Origin: Candidatus Glassbacteria bacterium
GTDB taxonomy: Bacteria > Gemmatimonadota > CAZMKB01
Direction of reading: 5' to 3'
Length of the DNA: 64,000 nucleotides
NCBI GenBank assembly: GCA_046760905.1
Contig: JBHIFB010000002.1
Location: forward strand, 18,772 to 82,771
Made by a program: the position numbers and the translations under genes. The notes under the pieces are model-generated. The model did not search any database. It was not told the origin of the DNA and saw only the letters and a list, made by a program, of their open reading frames with translations. Shown one piece after another: positions 18,901 to 28,839 of this stretch. The number at the start of each line of letters is the position of its first letter. Positions within the stretch are counted from its first letter, which is position 1.

Positions 18901-19381
18901 CGACGATGGTCTCATCGATATATTAGCTTCGGACGACAGGGGCTACATATACGGCTGGAAGACAGAGATGAATGCCTCCCAATCAAGAAGTTCATGGAGT
19001 CAGCTGGGCAGTGACTTCACGAGGAAGTATGCCAATGTTGATTCCCTACTCCTTGCGATACCGAGTGAACCCCCTGTTTTTACACAAGACAGCCTCTATG
19101 TGTATCCCAATCCGTTTATTCCAAGCAAGCACAGCAAGGTGAATATCCATTTCGAAGTGGATCGTCAATTCATGGAAGCTAAAACATATATATTTGATAT
19201 ATCTGGAAGAAGGATCAAAGAAATCGAATTGTTCGATAACAGCGTGAAGGAGCCAGGTGATTTCAATCCTAATTTCAGGATAGACGATCTATCAAGCGGT
19301 GTTTACATACTTGCCCTTGAGCTTAACATGGTTGAAGGAAATAAAAAGCATTTGTACAAAAAATTCGCGATCGTGAAGTAG
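15908..19381 (+). CDS. Secreted M6 (immune inhibitor A-like) metallopeptidase with FG-GAP/VCBS repeats and T9SS C-terminal sorting domain
   Basis: Signal peptide; VVHEYGHHLGLPDLYD is the M6 InhA signature; multiple DLDNDGxxEIV / FDLDGNGTDEI / DLDRDGDIDGD FG-GAP-type repeats; C-terminus …LYVYPNPFIPSKHSKVNIHF…SGVYILALELNMV…KKFAIVK matches the T9SS type-A C-terminal domain. Start set at the internal ATG 15908, which precedes the hydrophobic signal. Confidence 0.7.
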   Translation: MDFRSTLKSIALLACLCLIFFSSTLHSHGVWTTGRGIHPGRLRCMGFNLESRAAKSFITGPVMMRAQQESHRVGIIRIEFQPDQDDSTTGNGLFGNLPFYHPHPDTILARQGYVVRDSTINSRSKFYYSKHIQWMREYFEATSRGLFTISDLDTVTDITPIIQLSEKMGVYGDNEDFTGNMLRFVNDSVRSADTLTTFDFARYDALLIFHAGAGEESDFGPPEEFYPGDSPRDLHSAYIPFEALREYLGEGDPDYMGIPTTSEAGETTYVRNALVVPETLIQDSVYNPSAVYLDILGVVVHEYGHHLGLPDLYDPAHPTRPAIGNFGLMGTGAYNSSARLPSEPIGWSKYYLGWVDATEVMSDTNGIELMASEGAGEKAKLIKVPISSSEYYLLENRVRDRDFNGEFEFYDVDGDNWPDLMTDGYRLPDGTFSEFDFALPGIITYPDNPKPGSGVLIWHIDNEVIRGAFDPQFNQNCINCNISRQGVDLEEADGIQHLDELYPATIDPGYGSPFDSYGGEVSGVKQALYGNLNTLFGPSTNPSSTSNLGMATNISISGFRSLTIDPSRSLVDTIVGVDISFEEKLLGFPVVLREEDQMDFEKDPGLFNGNSMALADLDNDGACEIVVVTREGDVFIIDSRGRTFPEGSADISPYISIGKTVSSSPSLGDLDGSEMHDIEIAVLTEDGDLYALLSGGPSGQDVIAQGFPVKLEGSDHRGPLCFDLDGNGTDEIITTSQAGGQLKVSVTGGDGLSQDAWPITIDEESIAIPAIYPHIISGVRADSADIILVTTDGTVYRISGRGEVLWHVSLDETVEVPPVLADLDRDGDIDGDNIAELRGDLEIVVGTVDGDVYVISSDGELLPGGPQSTGGRIRSPLAAADVNMDGYVEIVTLIEDSWDLNIYRLNDTGNALMKLRQFPKHIPVQDVSGSKPYFSSPVTADIDGAIAADQGRFSGEEILFGTKDNKLLVFDVSEATSPIKSYPLGGDLVASAAVGDVDDDGLIDILASDDRGYIYGWKTEMNASQSRSSWSQLGSDFTRKYANVDSLLLAIPSEPPVFTQDSLYVYPNPFIPSKHSKVNIHFEVDRQFMEAKTYIFDISGRRIKEIELFDNSVKEPGDFNPNFRIDDLSSGVYILALELNMVEGNKKHLYKKFAIVK

Positions 19382-19422
19382 TTACAGCTCTGTGACATTA
19401 CATTATAGAAGGAGCCCGGATC

Positions 19423-20343
19423 ATGAACTCTATGACAATGAGAACGGCTTTCATGCTTCTTTTGCTCGCCTCTTTCTCAATCGATTCCGGTTTTTCCAAT
19501 GACAGAACCGGCAGCGGCCTTGCCTTTCTCAGGATAGGAGTCGGGGCCCGGGCATCCGGCATGGGTGAGGCATTCGTCGCTGTGAGTGACGATGCATCAG
19601 CCACATACTGGAATCCAGCCGGATGTGCACTCATTGAGAAGACCGAGGTGATGTTCATGAACAATTCCTTCATCCAGGACATCTCTCAGGAGTTCGTGGC
19701 GGTGGTTACGAGTTTCGGGGACTTCAAGGTGGGTGGCGCCTTCAATCTTGTCAACCTCGGCACTCTGGAGAAGCGTGATGAAACTGGAGAACTGCGTGGA
19801 GAATTCAAGCCCTTCGATCTTGCCGCCTCCTTCAGCCTGGCTTATCCCGTGATGGACTGGGTCGATGTGGGAACAAGCGTGAAAGGCGTCATGGAGGATA
19901 TAGACACAGAGACCGCATACGGCGCGCTTTTTGATGTCGGTTTCATTCTGAGGTTGCCTGTGGATGGGCTGTCGGTGGGAGGAGTCGTCCAGAATATTGG
20001 CCCTGCTATAAAGTTCATAGATGTGGCTTTCGATGCTCCGAGGACCTGGCGTGGTGGAGTATCCTACGTTCGCACCATTGTCGGATTTTCAAGCCAGGTC
20101 GGTCTCGCGCTTGATCTTGTCTCTCCAATGGACGACGATTTCCAGGTGAACGTGGGGGGGGAGGTGGAGTACAACGAAATCGTAGCGGGAAGACTTGGCT
20201 TCCGCGGTGGGGCGGACACGCAAGGCATAACCACCGGCATCGGAGTTCGCTACAGGGGCTTTATCATAGATTATGCATATGTACCTTTCTCCGAGAATCT
20301 AGGAAACACGCATCGAATAGGGATCTCCTACAGGTTCCGGTAA
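19423..20343 (+). CDS. Outer-membrane beta-barrel protein, PorV/PorQ (FadL-like) family
   Basis: Signal peptide; GLAFLRIGVGARASGMGEAFVAVSDDASATYWNPAG matches the PorV/PorQ/FadL N-terminal motif; alternating amphipathic strands; terminal aromatic …ISYRFR; directly downstream of the T9SS C-terminal-domain cargo. Confidence 0.5.
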   Translation: MNSMTMRTAFMLLLLASFSIDSGFSNDRTGSGLAFLRIGVGARASGMGEAFVAVSDDASATYWNPAGCALIEKTEVMFMNNSFIQDISQEFVAVVTSFGDFKVGGAFNLVNLGTLEKRDETGELRGEFKPFDLAASFSLAYPVMDWVDVGTSVKGVMEDIDTETAYGALFDVGFILRLPVDGLSVGGVVQNIGPAIKFIDVAFDAPRTWRGGVSYVRTIVGFSSQVGLALDLVSPMDDDFQVNVGGEVEYNEIVAGRLGFRGGADTQGITTGIGVRYRGFIIDYAYVPFSENLGNTHRIGISYRFR

Positions 20344-20423
20344 GACCATCCCGCACCTATCCTTGTATTAGAACGCATGCCGTATTATCTTTAGAATCGA
20401 AACGGCCCTATGAGGTTCATTCT

Positions 20424-23108
20424 ATGCGCTATCCACTCCTGGATTTCGTCTCTGTAGCCGGTGTGAACGATGGAAAGTCAGATCGGATCCTTTCAAGACG
20501 GTTCCACAGCGGAGAATCTGAAGGCAAGGCTCGTAGAGGTCGTAAGTCTTTCTTGGAGCTTGCAAGAGGTGGTCTCCCCGTTGTTGGTCACGGCACCCCT
20601 TCTCCCTCTCTCGATTCATTGCTCGGAGAGTGCGGTTCCGCTTACATAGATACAGAGTGTATCTCCCGTATCCTTGTTCCGACGCTTCCCTCTTTCGAAT
20701 ATGAGAACGTGTGCCTGGCTCTGGGCATACCGGCGAGAGGGGATGAGCCATTCCGTACAGGCAAACTTTTCATGAGACTCATGGAATCGGCATCTTCTCT
20801 TGACAGGAGGACGATTCTGCTCCTAACAGGTCTTTTGTCTATATCCGGTAAGACTTCTCTCGCAGCTATCATGGGCCGCTTAGCGGACTCCGCTGCCGGC
20901 CGGCCACAACATCCTGGAGTTGTGAGCGTGGAGTCGAATCTTGAAGATGTTCGAGGTGACGCGGGGGAGGTAAGCCCACTCCGGTGGCCAGAGATACTCG
21001 GTGTGCTTGGCAGGGATGGGACTCTCGCTTCGGTGATTGAGAACTACGAGGAGCGGCAGGAACAGCTCGATATGGCGAAGGCGGTTGCGGAAGCGGTGAA
21101 TTCCGGGAAGATACTGCTTGCAGAGGCCGGGACAGGGACCGGGAAATCCTTTGCCTATCTCGTGCCCACAATCTTCTGGGCCGTGAATAACAGGCGTCGG
21201 GTCGTCGTTTCGACCAATACGAAAAACCTGCAGGATCAACTCTATGAGAAGGATCTTCCCTCTCTCGAGAGGGCGATGCCGCTGCCTTTCACTTACAGAA
21301 TTCTCAAGGGAAGGCAGAACTATCTCTGCATGGAAAGACTTTACGAGGTGGTCAATTCTGCCCCGTTGCTGATAAAACCCGCCGATGCCGAGAAGCTCTT
21401 ACCGCTCATCACCTGGTCGAGTATGACCGAAACGGGCGACATCGCTGAGAACAGAGCCTTCGATCTACAGAAGGATAATATGATATGGCAAAAAGTGAGC
21501 TGTGACCACCGTTACTGCCCGGCCCGGGACGATTTGAGGGGCTGCTTCCTTTCACGTGCAAGAAAAAATGCGCTTGAGTCGCATGTCGTAATCGTCAACC
21601 ATGCCCTTTTGCTCAACGACATCCTCATGGACCGGACCATCCTCGGGAAATACGAGTGTCTAGTGATAGATGAGGCTCACAACCTGGAGAAAGTTGCACA
21701 CGAACAGCTCGGCAGGAGTGTCAACTACTTCAGATTTCATCGTTTCTTCGACCGAGTATTCGGCGGAGAGGGTGGCGGAATCGGGCTGCTGGAACCGATT
21801 CCCGGCGGAGGGTACGTAAAATCACCCCAAGCGAGGCAGCTGATCCTGGCCTTGACTGAAAATGTGAAGAAATGTCGGCGCCGGCTCGCCGTGTTCTTCA
21901 CTTCCCTCAACGAACTCCTAATGCCATCAGGCGCTGGATATGTTGAGAAAAAGAGATTCAAACCCGGGGATCGAATTTCCTCCTCTCTGACCGAGCTGGG
22001 AGAGGCTCCTCTCGAATCGCTTCGCCATATACAGTTACAGATGGCCCGGCTATACAATGCCTTGAGCAGGGATAACGAATCAGGAAGCACCGGTGAAAGA
22101 TCATACCTGAAGGAAATCAGGGGGGTCCTTGAGGAACTGACCGAAATGATCGGTGATTTCGAGTTCCTAAGCCAGGCACAGGAAGAAGACTGGGTATACT
22201 GGATTCAGGGAGATGAAACACCGGGGAGAATGGATTTCATCTCAATCAGGTCATGCCCCATCGATGTGGCGCCATTTTTCAAGGAGATGCTCTATGAGAG
22301 CACGAAGACGGTCATCATTTCGTCGGCGACGATATCCATCGCAGGGGATTTCTCCTTCTCTTCGAAGGTCCTGGGCGTAGATCTCATCGAGCCGCAGCGT
22401 GTGATAAATTTTTGCGGCGGCACCTCTTTTCCGCTCGATGAGCAGGTGCTTCTTTTACTTCCGACATTCATTCCATCGGTACTCGATGAGCGGTTCGTGC
22501 AATACCTGCCTCAACTGCTCGAGAGGGCCGTGAAAACTGTAAGAGGGGGCACTCTCGTTCTATTCACCTCGAGGGAGTGGCTCAAGCGTACGCAATCTGA
22601 ACTGAAACGGCTTCTTGTCCCAATCGGCGTGCGGAGCATGGCACAGGGTGAAGATGGTTCCAGAGAGGTTCTGCTCGAGCGGTTCCGTGCCGGAAGCCAT
22701 TCGGTTTTATTGGGTACGGATAGCTTCTGGGAAGGAGTCGATGTGCCTGGCGAGGCCCTTCAGCTCGTTATCATTGTGAGACTGCCGTTCCCTGTTCCTT
22801 CGGAGCCAATCACAGAGGCGATCTCAGAGAGGATGAGCATGGAAGGGATCAACCCCTTCACCGATTACTCACTTCCCAGAGCCGCGATCAGGCTCAAGCA
22901 GGGATTCGGCAGGCTCATCAGAAATCGGCTGGACAGGGGGGCTGTGCTAGTGCTCGATAAAAGGATTGTGGAGAAACGCTACGGTGCATATCTTAGGGAA
23001 GCTCTCGGTGTCAAGCCGGTTGTGATGGATGACAGCGATGATCTCTTCTGTGTCCTAGGAAGATGGTGTGAAAGCTCAAATGATATAGGATGTCCTGAAT
23101 ACTTATAG
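20424..23108 (+). CDS. dinG: ATP-dependent DNA helicase, DinG/Rad3 family, with about 190-aa N-terminal extension of unknown type
   Basis: Motif [19 protein letters not shown]; [11 protein letters not shown]; DEAH box [10 protein letters not shown]; C-terminal helicase motifs ([24 protein letters not shown]). Start uncertain. Confidence 0.8.
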   Translation: MRYPLLDFVSVAGVNDGKSDRILSRRFHSGESEGKARRGRKSFLELARGGLPVVGHGTPSPSLDSLLGECGSAYIDTECISRILVPTLPSFEYENVCLALGIPARGDEPFRTGKLFMRLMESASSLDRRTILLLTGLLSISGKTSLAAIMGRLADSAAGRPQHPGVVSVESNLEDVRGDAGEVSPLRWPEILGVLGRDGTLASVIENYEERQEQLDMAKAVAEAVNSGKILLAEAGTGTGKSFAYLVPTIFWAVNNRRRVVVSTNTKNLQDQLYEKDLPSLERAMPLPFTYRILKGRQNYLCMERLYEVVNSAPLLIKPADAEKLLPLITWSSMTETGDIAENRAFDLQKDNMIWQKVSCDHRYCPARDDLRGCFLSRARKNALESHVVIVNHALLLNDILMDRTILGKYECLVIDEAHNLEKVAHEQLGRSVNYFRFHRFFDRVFGGEGGGIGLLEPIPGGGYVKSPQARQLILALTENVKKCRRRLAVFFTSLNELLMPSGAGYVEKKRFKPGDRISSSLTELGEAPLESLRHIQLQMARLYNALSRDNESGSTGERSYLKEIRGVLEELTEMIGDFEFLSQAQEEDWVYWIQGDETPGRMDFISIRSCPIDVAPFFKEMLYESTKTVIISSATISIAGDFSFSSKVLGVDLIEPQRVINFCGGTSFPLDEQVLLLLPTFIPSVLDERFVQYLPQLLERAVKTVRGGTLVLFTSREWLKRTQSELKRLLVPIGVRSMAQGEDGSREVLLERFRAGSHSVLLGTDSFWEGVDVPGEALQLVIIVRLPFPVPSEPITEAISERMSMEGINPFTDYSLPRAAIRLKQGFGRLIRNRLDRGAVLVLDKRIVEKRYGAYLREALGVKPVVMDDSDDLFCVLGRWCESSNDIGCPEYL

Positions 23109-23118
23109 GGAGGCGAGA

Positions 23119-24786
23119 ATGGAGAAGAGCACGATCGAAGCGATAAAGGCCCCTCGAGGCACAAGCCTCACGTGCAAAGCCTGGCATCAGGAGGCCGCGA
23201 TGAGGATGCTCATGAATAACCTCGAAGTCGGAGAGGATCCAGAGAACCTCATCATATACGGGGGTTCGGGTAAAGCGGCCAGGAACTGGGACTCTTATCA
23301 TGCAATTATTGAAAGCTTAAAGAAGCTTGAGAACGACGAGACTCTGCTCGTCCAGTCGGGCAAGCCCGTGGGAATCTTCAGGACCTTCGAACACGCGCCG
23401 AGGGTTTTGATTGCGAACTCCAATCTGGTAGGCAACTGGGCAACCTGGGATGAGTTCAGGAGGCTCGAGGCCCTCGGGCTCATCATGTACGGCCAGATGA
23501 CTGCCGGCAGCTGGATATACATCGGCACCCAGGGAATCCTGCAGGGAACGTACGAAACTTTCGCTGCGGCGGCGAAGCAGCATTTCGGTGGGGATTTGAG
23601 GGGGCGTCTTCTCCTGACCGGTGGGCTCGGGGGAATGGGTGGAGCTCAACCGCTTGCCGCAACCATGAACGGGGCTGCGTTTCTCGGCATAGAGGTCGAC
23701 CCGGGGCGAATTCAGAGGAGGCTCGACACTGCCTATCTCGATATCGTGTCCCATGATCTGGACGAGGCTCTAGGGATAGTCCTCGAGGCAAAGGAGAAGA
23801 AGAAGCCGGTATCCGTTGGCCTGGTGGGCAACTGTGCCGATGTGCTGCCGGAGATAATAAGGAGGGGGATAGTGCCCGATCTCCTCACTGACCAGACGAG
23901 CGCCCACGATGAACTCAACGGATACGTACCGGCCGGTATGCCGTTGGAGAAAGCTTTTAAACTCAGGTCACAGAACCCCGAAGAGTACCGCAAGAGGGCC
24001 TTAGATTCCATTGGCATCCATGTCAGGGCAATGCTCGAGCTGAAGCGTAAGGGTGCTGTGACCTTCGATTACGGGAATAACATCAGGGGACAGGCTCTGC
24101 GGGTCGGGGTGGCTGATGCCTTCGAGATCCCGGGATTCGTTCCCGAATACATAAGACCCCTTTTCTGCGAGGGGAAGGGGCCCTTCAGGTGGGCCGCGCT
24201 ATCAGGGGAACCTGAAGACATATATGAGACAGACCGTGTCATTCTCGAAGAGTTCAAAGAAGACGAACCGCTCGTGAGGTGGATCAAGCTCGCTCGCGAG
24301 AAGGTTGCATTCCAGGGACTTCCCTCCAGGATTTGCTGGCTCGGCTACGGCGAGAGGGCCACATTCGGTGAGAGGATAAACCATCTGGTAAGCAAGGGGG
24401 TTGTGAGGGCCCCGATCGTGATAGGCCGCGACCACCTCGACTGCGGCTCCGTCGCCTCACCCAACAGGGAGACAGAAGGGATGAAGGACGGATCGGATGC
24501 AATAGCCGACTGGCCGATACTGAACGCCATGCTCAACGTGGCCAGCGGTGCAAGCTGGGTATCCTTCCATCATGGCGGTGGAGTGGGAATCGGATACTCG
24601 CTGCATGCCGGCCAGGTATCGGTTGCGGACGGGACAGCTCTTGCCGCCAAGAGGCTTGAGCGGGTCCTCACAAATGACCCGGGAATCGGCATTGCCCGAC
24701 ATGCCGATGCCGGGTATGAGAAGGCGGTGGAAGTGGCGCGAAGAAAACAGGTTAAAATCCCCATGCTCCCAAAAGAGCGAAGCTGA
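23119..24786 (+). CDS. hutU: Urocanate hydratase
   Basis: 555 aa; [40 protein letters not shown]; NAD-binding [13 protein letters not shown]. Confidence 0.9.
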   Translation: MEKSTIEAIKAPRGTSLTCKAWHQEAAMRMLMNNLEVGEDPENLIIYGGSGKAARNWDSYHAIIESLKKLENDETLLVQSGKPVGIFRTFEHAPRVLIANSNLVGNWATWDEFRRLEALGLIMYGQMTAGSWIYIGTQGILQGTYETFAAAAKQHFGGDLRGRLLLTGGLGGMGGAQPLAATMNGAAFLGIEVDPGRIQRRLDTAYLDIVSHDLDEALGIVLEAKEKKKPVSVGLVGNCADVLPEIIRRGIVPDLLTDQTSAHDELNGYVPAGMPLEKAFKLRSQNPEEYRKRALDSIGIHVRAMLELKRKGAVTFDYGNNIRGQALRVGVADAFEIPGFVPEYIRPLFCEGKGPFRWAALSGEPEDIYETDRVILEEFKEDEPLVRWIKLAREKVAFQGLPSRICWLGYGERATFGERINHLVSKGVVRAPIVIGRDHLDCGSVASPNRETEGMKDGSDAIADWPILNAMLNVASGASWVSFHHGGGVGIGYSLHAGQVSVADGTALAAKRLERVLTNDPGIGIARHADAGYEKAVEVARRKQVKIPMLPKERS

Positions 24787-25091
24787 AACGTGGCCTCGGT
24801 TCGTGAAAAAGGCCGAATAATCGTGAAAAATGACGAGTGGCCGATCGCTCGATGGGGGTGAGTGGGTGGGAAGCGATTGGGACCGAGGATTTGTTAACAA
24901 ATAGCATAAGATTTTAATTTCTATATATTGTAATAAGATACTATAATTTCTTAATGTTATACTTTAAGAAGGCTTGAAATCTTCACAATCCTCCAAGGGA
25001 GGAGAGCATGCTCTCCTATCCGGCACAGAACCTGCAATTTACAATAGAGGCTCTATGAGAAGGCCCTCAGCATGGCAGAGGGACAAGCCGT

Positions 25092-25118
25092 GAGGTCCCG
25101 GTATGCGATCGGGACCTC
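25092..25118. other. Stable hairpin (9-bp stem GAGGTCCCG/CGGGACCTC) immediately 3' of the minus-strand VTT gene
   Basis: Read directly; lies in the convergent hutU/VTT intergenic region together with palindrome GGAGAGCATGCTCTCC (25001-25016). No U-tract, so not a canonical intrinsic terminator. Confidence 0.35.
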
Positions 25119-25123
25119 ATTCA

Positions 25124-25774
25124 CTATCCATGCGACCCCAGCTTCCTTACGAGAAACCTTACAGCAGAATACACCGCCGGAATGGCCACGAGGAGGATGA
25201 GTATCGTGTTCGAGACCTGATACTTTTCCCCGATAAGGGCCAGGAGGTAGTACCGGGGTGCCCTTCCCACGAACGTAGCAACCGCATAAGGGGACCTTCC
25301 ATAGCCCGATGAAATCGAAAGCCATCTCACCGGATCTACGGGAATGGGAAGAAAGTTTGTTAAGGTGAGAATCGCAAACGGAAACTGCCAGTACCACTCT
25401 CTGAATTTTAGATATAGCCTTCTTTTCTTGATTCTATCGGCGAACTTCCTTTCCGATAGGTAAGAAACGATCTGGTATTCATTGACATTCGCTATCGAGG
25501 TACCGGCTGCCCCGAGGATCCCTACAAGGACCGGTTCATACATTCTCCCGAGCCCGATAATAACAGGGTTCGTAGGTAACGGGATGAAGGTGTTGGGAAA
25601 GGACATGTAAAGTAGAAAAAGGCCAGTCCAATGGTAGGTGCCTTCCCAATACGTTCCTACAGCGAAGAGCATGAGGCAGAAAATTCCAAAGAATGCAAAG
25701 TATACAAACAGCTCCTTCAAACCCACGGAAGAGGACCTTCCCTCGGATTGTTCCCTCGCAGCCATACTCTTCAT
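25124..25774 (-). CDS. VTT-domain (DedA/TVP38/YqaA-like) inner-membrane protein
   Basis: 216 aa, 5-6 transmembrane helices, …FIPLPTNPVIIGLG…YAVATFVGRAPRYYLLALIGE motif pattern of the DedA/VTT superfamily. Confidence 0.55.
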   Translation of the reverse strand: MKSMAAREQSEGRSSSVGLKELFVYFAFFGIFCLMLFAVGTYWEGTYHWTGLFLLYMSFPNTFIPLPTNPVIIGLGRMYEPVLVGILGAAGTSIANVNEYQIVSYLSERKFADRIKKRRLYLKFREWYWQFPFAILTLTNFLPIPVDPVRWLSISSGYGRSPYAVATFVGRAPRYYLLALIGEKYQVSNTILILLVAIPAVYSAVRFLVRKLGSHG

Positions 25775-25957
25775 CGACCATCCCTTTTAAGCTTATTTCA
25801 AATGCCGGACCTTCGCTCCATTATGCATCGTCGATTTCCTCTTGTCAATGCCTGGGGACCAGTGTAAATTCGAGTCGTACAGTCTTTCCAGGGCGGTGTA
25901 AAGACCGGCCACCCGTTTGCAGGCATGAGCGTTCATCTCTTTTCCGGGAAGGTATGA

Positions 25958-27229
25958 GTGGAAAAAGAATCGATAGACCTTCTGATCACGAATGTCGGTG
26001 AATTGCTGACCATGTCGGGCGGTTTGGGCCCGAGGGGTGGGAAGGATATGGCGGAGGTGGGATTGGTCAAGGGAGCGTCTCTTTCGATCAGGAATGGGAC
26101 AATATTCTCATGTGGGAGTGAGGATTATGTGCTGAGGGGGGTCGAAGGGCACACAGTGAGTGAAAATATAGATGCAGGGGGCCGATTGCTCACCCCTGGA
26201 TTCATCGATCCTCATACCCATACTGTATTTGCGGGTAGGAGGGAAGGCGAATTCGAAATGAAAGTGGGTGGAGTCTCATATCAGGAAATCGCCAGGTCTG
26301 GGGGCGGGATCCTGGAAACGGTGAGACAGGTTAGGAAAGCGAGTGTCGATGAACTCGTTAGCCTCACACTGCCAAGGCTCGACATCATGTTGAGCCACGG
26401 GACAACCACAGCGGAAGTAAAAAGCGGATACGGCCTCACAACTGACGATGAAATAAAGATGCTAGAGGTGATAAGGAGGCTCAATGAGATTCACCCGATC
26501 GAGCTGATCCCTACCTTCCTCGGAGCCCATGAGTTCCCGCCGGAATATCAAAACAGGCGGGATGAATACGTCGATCTGGTGGTCGATGAAATGTTGCCGG
26601 CTGTTGCATCCCTGGGTCTGGCCAGATTCTGTGATGTGTTCTGTGAGATGGGCTGGTTCGATCAAAAGCAGAGCAGAAGAATACTGACTCGAGCGAAGCA
26701 GCTCGGCTTCGATCTCAGGATCCATGCCGATGAATTCAAGCCGAGCGGGGCAGCAGAGCTTGCCGCAGAACTCGGAGCCCTAAGTGCGGACCATCTCGTT
26801 ATGGTGAGTGAGGAGGGAATGAGCGCCATGAAGGAAGCGGGAGTTGTAGCGACGCTCCTTCCTGGAACTGTATTCTTCCTGGATCTTGATGAGAGGCCCC
26901 CTGTGGGAAGGATGAAGGAGCTCGGTCTGCCAATTGCCCTTGCAAGCGACTTCAATCCGGGGAGTTCAATGACCCAGAATATGCAGATCATCATGTCCAT
27001 TGCGGCCATAATTTTGAAACTCACCCCCGCAGAGTGTTTTACAGCGAGTACAGTAAACGCGGCTCATTCACTCGGGATCGCTAAGGAGGTCGGTAGCATA
27101 GAAGTGGGGAAGTCGGCTGATCTCGTGATCTTCGACGCTGATGACCACAGATCGATCGCCTATAACTTCGGTGTGAACCATTGCAATACTGTTATAAAGA
27201 AAGGCAAGGTGGTGTATAAGGCGGACTAA
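25958..27229 (+). CDS. hutI: Imidazolonepropionase
   Basis: GFIDPHTHTVFAGRREGEFE metal-binding start and …IHADEF… amidohydrolase pattern; 423 aa. Confidence 0.9.
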   Translation: MEKESIDLLITNVGELLTMSGGLGPRGGKDMAEVGLVKGASLSIRNGTIFSCGSEDYVLRGVEGHTVSENIDAGGRLLTPGFIDPHTHTVFAGRREGEFEMKVGGVSYQEIARSGGGILETVRQVRKASVDELVSLTLPRLDIMLSHGTTTAEVKSGYGLTTDDEIKMLEVIRRLNEIHPIELIPTFLGAHEFPPEYQNRRDEYVDLVVDEMLPAVASLGLARFCDVFCEMGWFDQKQSRRILTRAKQLGFDLRIHADEFKPSGAAELAAELGALSADHLVMVSEEGMSAMKEAGVVATLLPGTVFFLDLDERPPVGRMKELGLPIALASDFNPGSSMTQNMQIIMSIAAIILKLTPAECFTASTVNAAHSLGIAKEVGSIEVGKSADLVIFDADDHRSIAYNFGVNHCNTVIKKGKVVYKAD

Positions 27230-27289
27230 TGGCACATTGAATGAGCTTGCTTTTATACCTGAGAAGTTATATTATAAATTGAAACCTGC

Positions 27290-28324
27290 TTGCAATTTTG
27301 CGGAATGCTCCGGGAGACACTCGTGAAAAAGAAGGACAAAGATACGGTAGTATCACTCGAGATGATCCAGGAACCTGTCCAGTGCGAACTGCTCGAGGTT
27401 CAGTCGTTCATCAGTGATCTCCTGATGAAGGAATTTTATTTTCTCGAGGATATCGCATCCCACGTGAGCAGTATGAAGGGTAAGCTCTTCAGGCCAACCC
27501 TGTTGCTCCTCGCAGGGAACCTCACCGATGGCGATGGCAAGGACAAGAGTATGGTGTCTATGGCTGTAGTGGTGGAGATGATCCACACGGCGACTCTCGT
27601 CCATGATGATTTCATAGATAACGCAAAGTTACGCCGGGGTATCCCGACTTTGAATGACAGGTGGAGTGATCAGGTTTCAATCATCATGGGGGATTATCTT
27701 TATTCAAGGTCACTTATGGAGATGGTGAATGTTGGTGATCTGGAAGTAATGCAAGTTATATCCGGAGCCTGCCGCAGGATTGCTCTGGGGGAAATGATGG
27801 AGCTCAATCTCACGAACAAGATATATCAAACGGAAGAGCAGTATTACGAAACGATCAGTCATAAGACAGCGGCTCTTATCAGTGCATCCTGCGAGGCTGG
27901 AGCGCTTATCTCTGATTCAGAGTACAGGAAGAATCTGCGTAAGTACGGGGAGAACCTCGGTGTGGCCTTTCAGATCGTAGATGATATATTCGATTATACT
28001 GGAAAGAGCAATGTCATCGGGAAGGTTGTCGGCACTGATCTCAGGGAGAAGAAGGCGACACTTCCGCTTCTCCATGCTTTGAGGAGCATGGATGAGGGGG
28101 AGAAGCGATACATGGAGAATTTGTTTTCGAAGAAGGAAACCGGGCCAGAGGACTTCGTTGAAGTTTCCCGTATCATTGAGAAGCACGGCGGCTTTGAGTT
28201 TGCCATGACGCAGGCAACGTTTTTCGCACAGGAAGCGAGGAAGGCAATCGAGGGAATCAGTCCCTCGAGATACAAGGAAAGTCTTCTGGATGCCGTAGAC
28301 TATGTTGTTGAAAGGGATAGGTAG
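27290..28324 (+). CDS. Polyprenyl diphosphate synthase (IspB-like; chain length not inferable)
   Basis: First DDxxD in LVHDDFIDNAKLRRG; second in FQIVDDIFDYTG. Start codon uncertain (internal Met at residues 6 and 25). Confidence 0.8.
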   Translation: MQFCGMLRETLVKKKDKDTVVSLEMIQEPVQCELLEVQSFISDLLMKEFYFLEDIASHVSSMKGKLFRPTLLLLAGNLTDGDGKDKSMVSMAVVVEMIHTATLVHDDFIDNAKLRRGIPTLNDRWSDQVSIIMGDYLYSRSLMEMVNVGDLEVMQVISGACRRIALGEMMELNLTNKIYQTEEQYYETISHKTAALISASCEAGALISDSEYRKNLRKYGENLGVAFQIVDDIFDYTGKSNVIGKVVGTDLREKKATLPLLHALRSMDEGEKRYMENLFSKKETGPEDFVEVSRIIEKHGGFEFAMTQATFFAQEARKAIEGISPSRYKESLLDAVDYVVERDR

Positions 28325-28329
28325 ATAGG

Positions 28330-28602
28330 GTGCTCAGACACGAGAGGAAAAAGTTAAAGACTTACCTCATTGTACTGGCCATCGGATTCCTCATAGGAGG
28401 ACTCCTCAGTCAGATCTTTGTCTGGGTTCTTCCTGACGGCGTGGTGAAAGAGACGTTCATCACATCCATAGAGGGCAGTTTCGGCCCTGCCAGGATTGAT
28501 TTAAGTGTGATAAACATGACGATCGGGGCAGGACTTAGGCTTAATATCATGAGTGTCGTCGGAGTGTTCATTGCCTCATATCTGTTCCGTTCGTTTCTCT
28601 AG
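28330..28602 (+). CDS. Small two-transmembrane-helix membrane protein (DUF4321-like)
   Basis: 90 aa; …LLSQIFVWVLPDGVVKETFITSIEGSFGPARIDLSVINMTIGAGLRLNIMSVVGVF… resembles the DUF4321 family. Recalled from memory, not searched. Confidence 0.4.
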   Translation: MLRHERKKLKTYLIVLAIGFLIGGLLSQIFVWVLPDGVVKETFITSIEGSFGPARIDLSVINMTIGAGLRLNIMSVVGVFIASYLFRSFL

Positions 28603-28627
28603 AAGTTCTCAAGGGAGGTGAGAAGAA

Positions 28628-28831
28628 ATGGGCTTTGGGAATATCGGGCTTACCGAACTCATCGTAATCCTTGCCGTGGTTCTTCTTCTCTTCGGAGCCA
28701 AGCGCATTCCCGAAGTAATGCGTTCATTTGGTAAAGGAGTAAGCGAATTCAAGAGAGGAATAAAGGAACTGGAGAACGACATCCAGGACAGCTCGGACCT
28801 ATCGGAAAATAAGAAGAGCGACAAGAAATAA
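28628..28831 (+). CDS. tatA: Sec-independent translocase TatA/E
   Basis: [44 protein letters not shown]. Confidence 0.85.
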   Translation: MGFGNIGLTELIVILAVVLLLFGAKRIPEVMRSFGKGVSEFKRGIKELENDIQDSSDLSENKKSDKK

Positions 28832-28839
28832 CGAATCGG

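Noticed and set aside
20344-20423. TTGTAT…TATTAT upstream of dinG as a promoter
   Set aside because: Spacer is only 14 nt. Not a convincing sigma-70 geometry.
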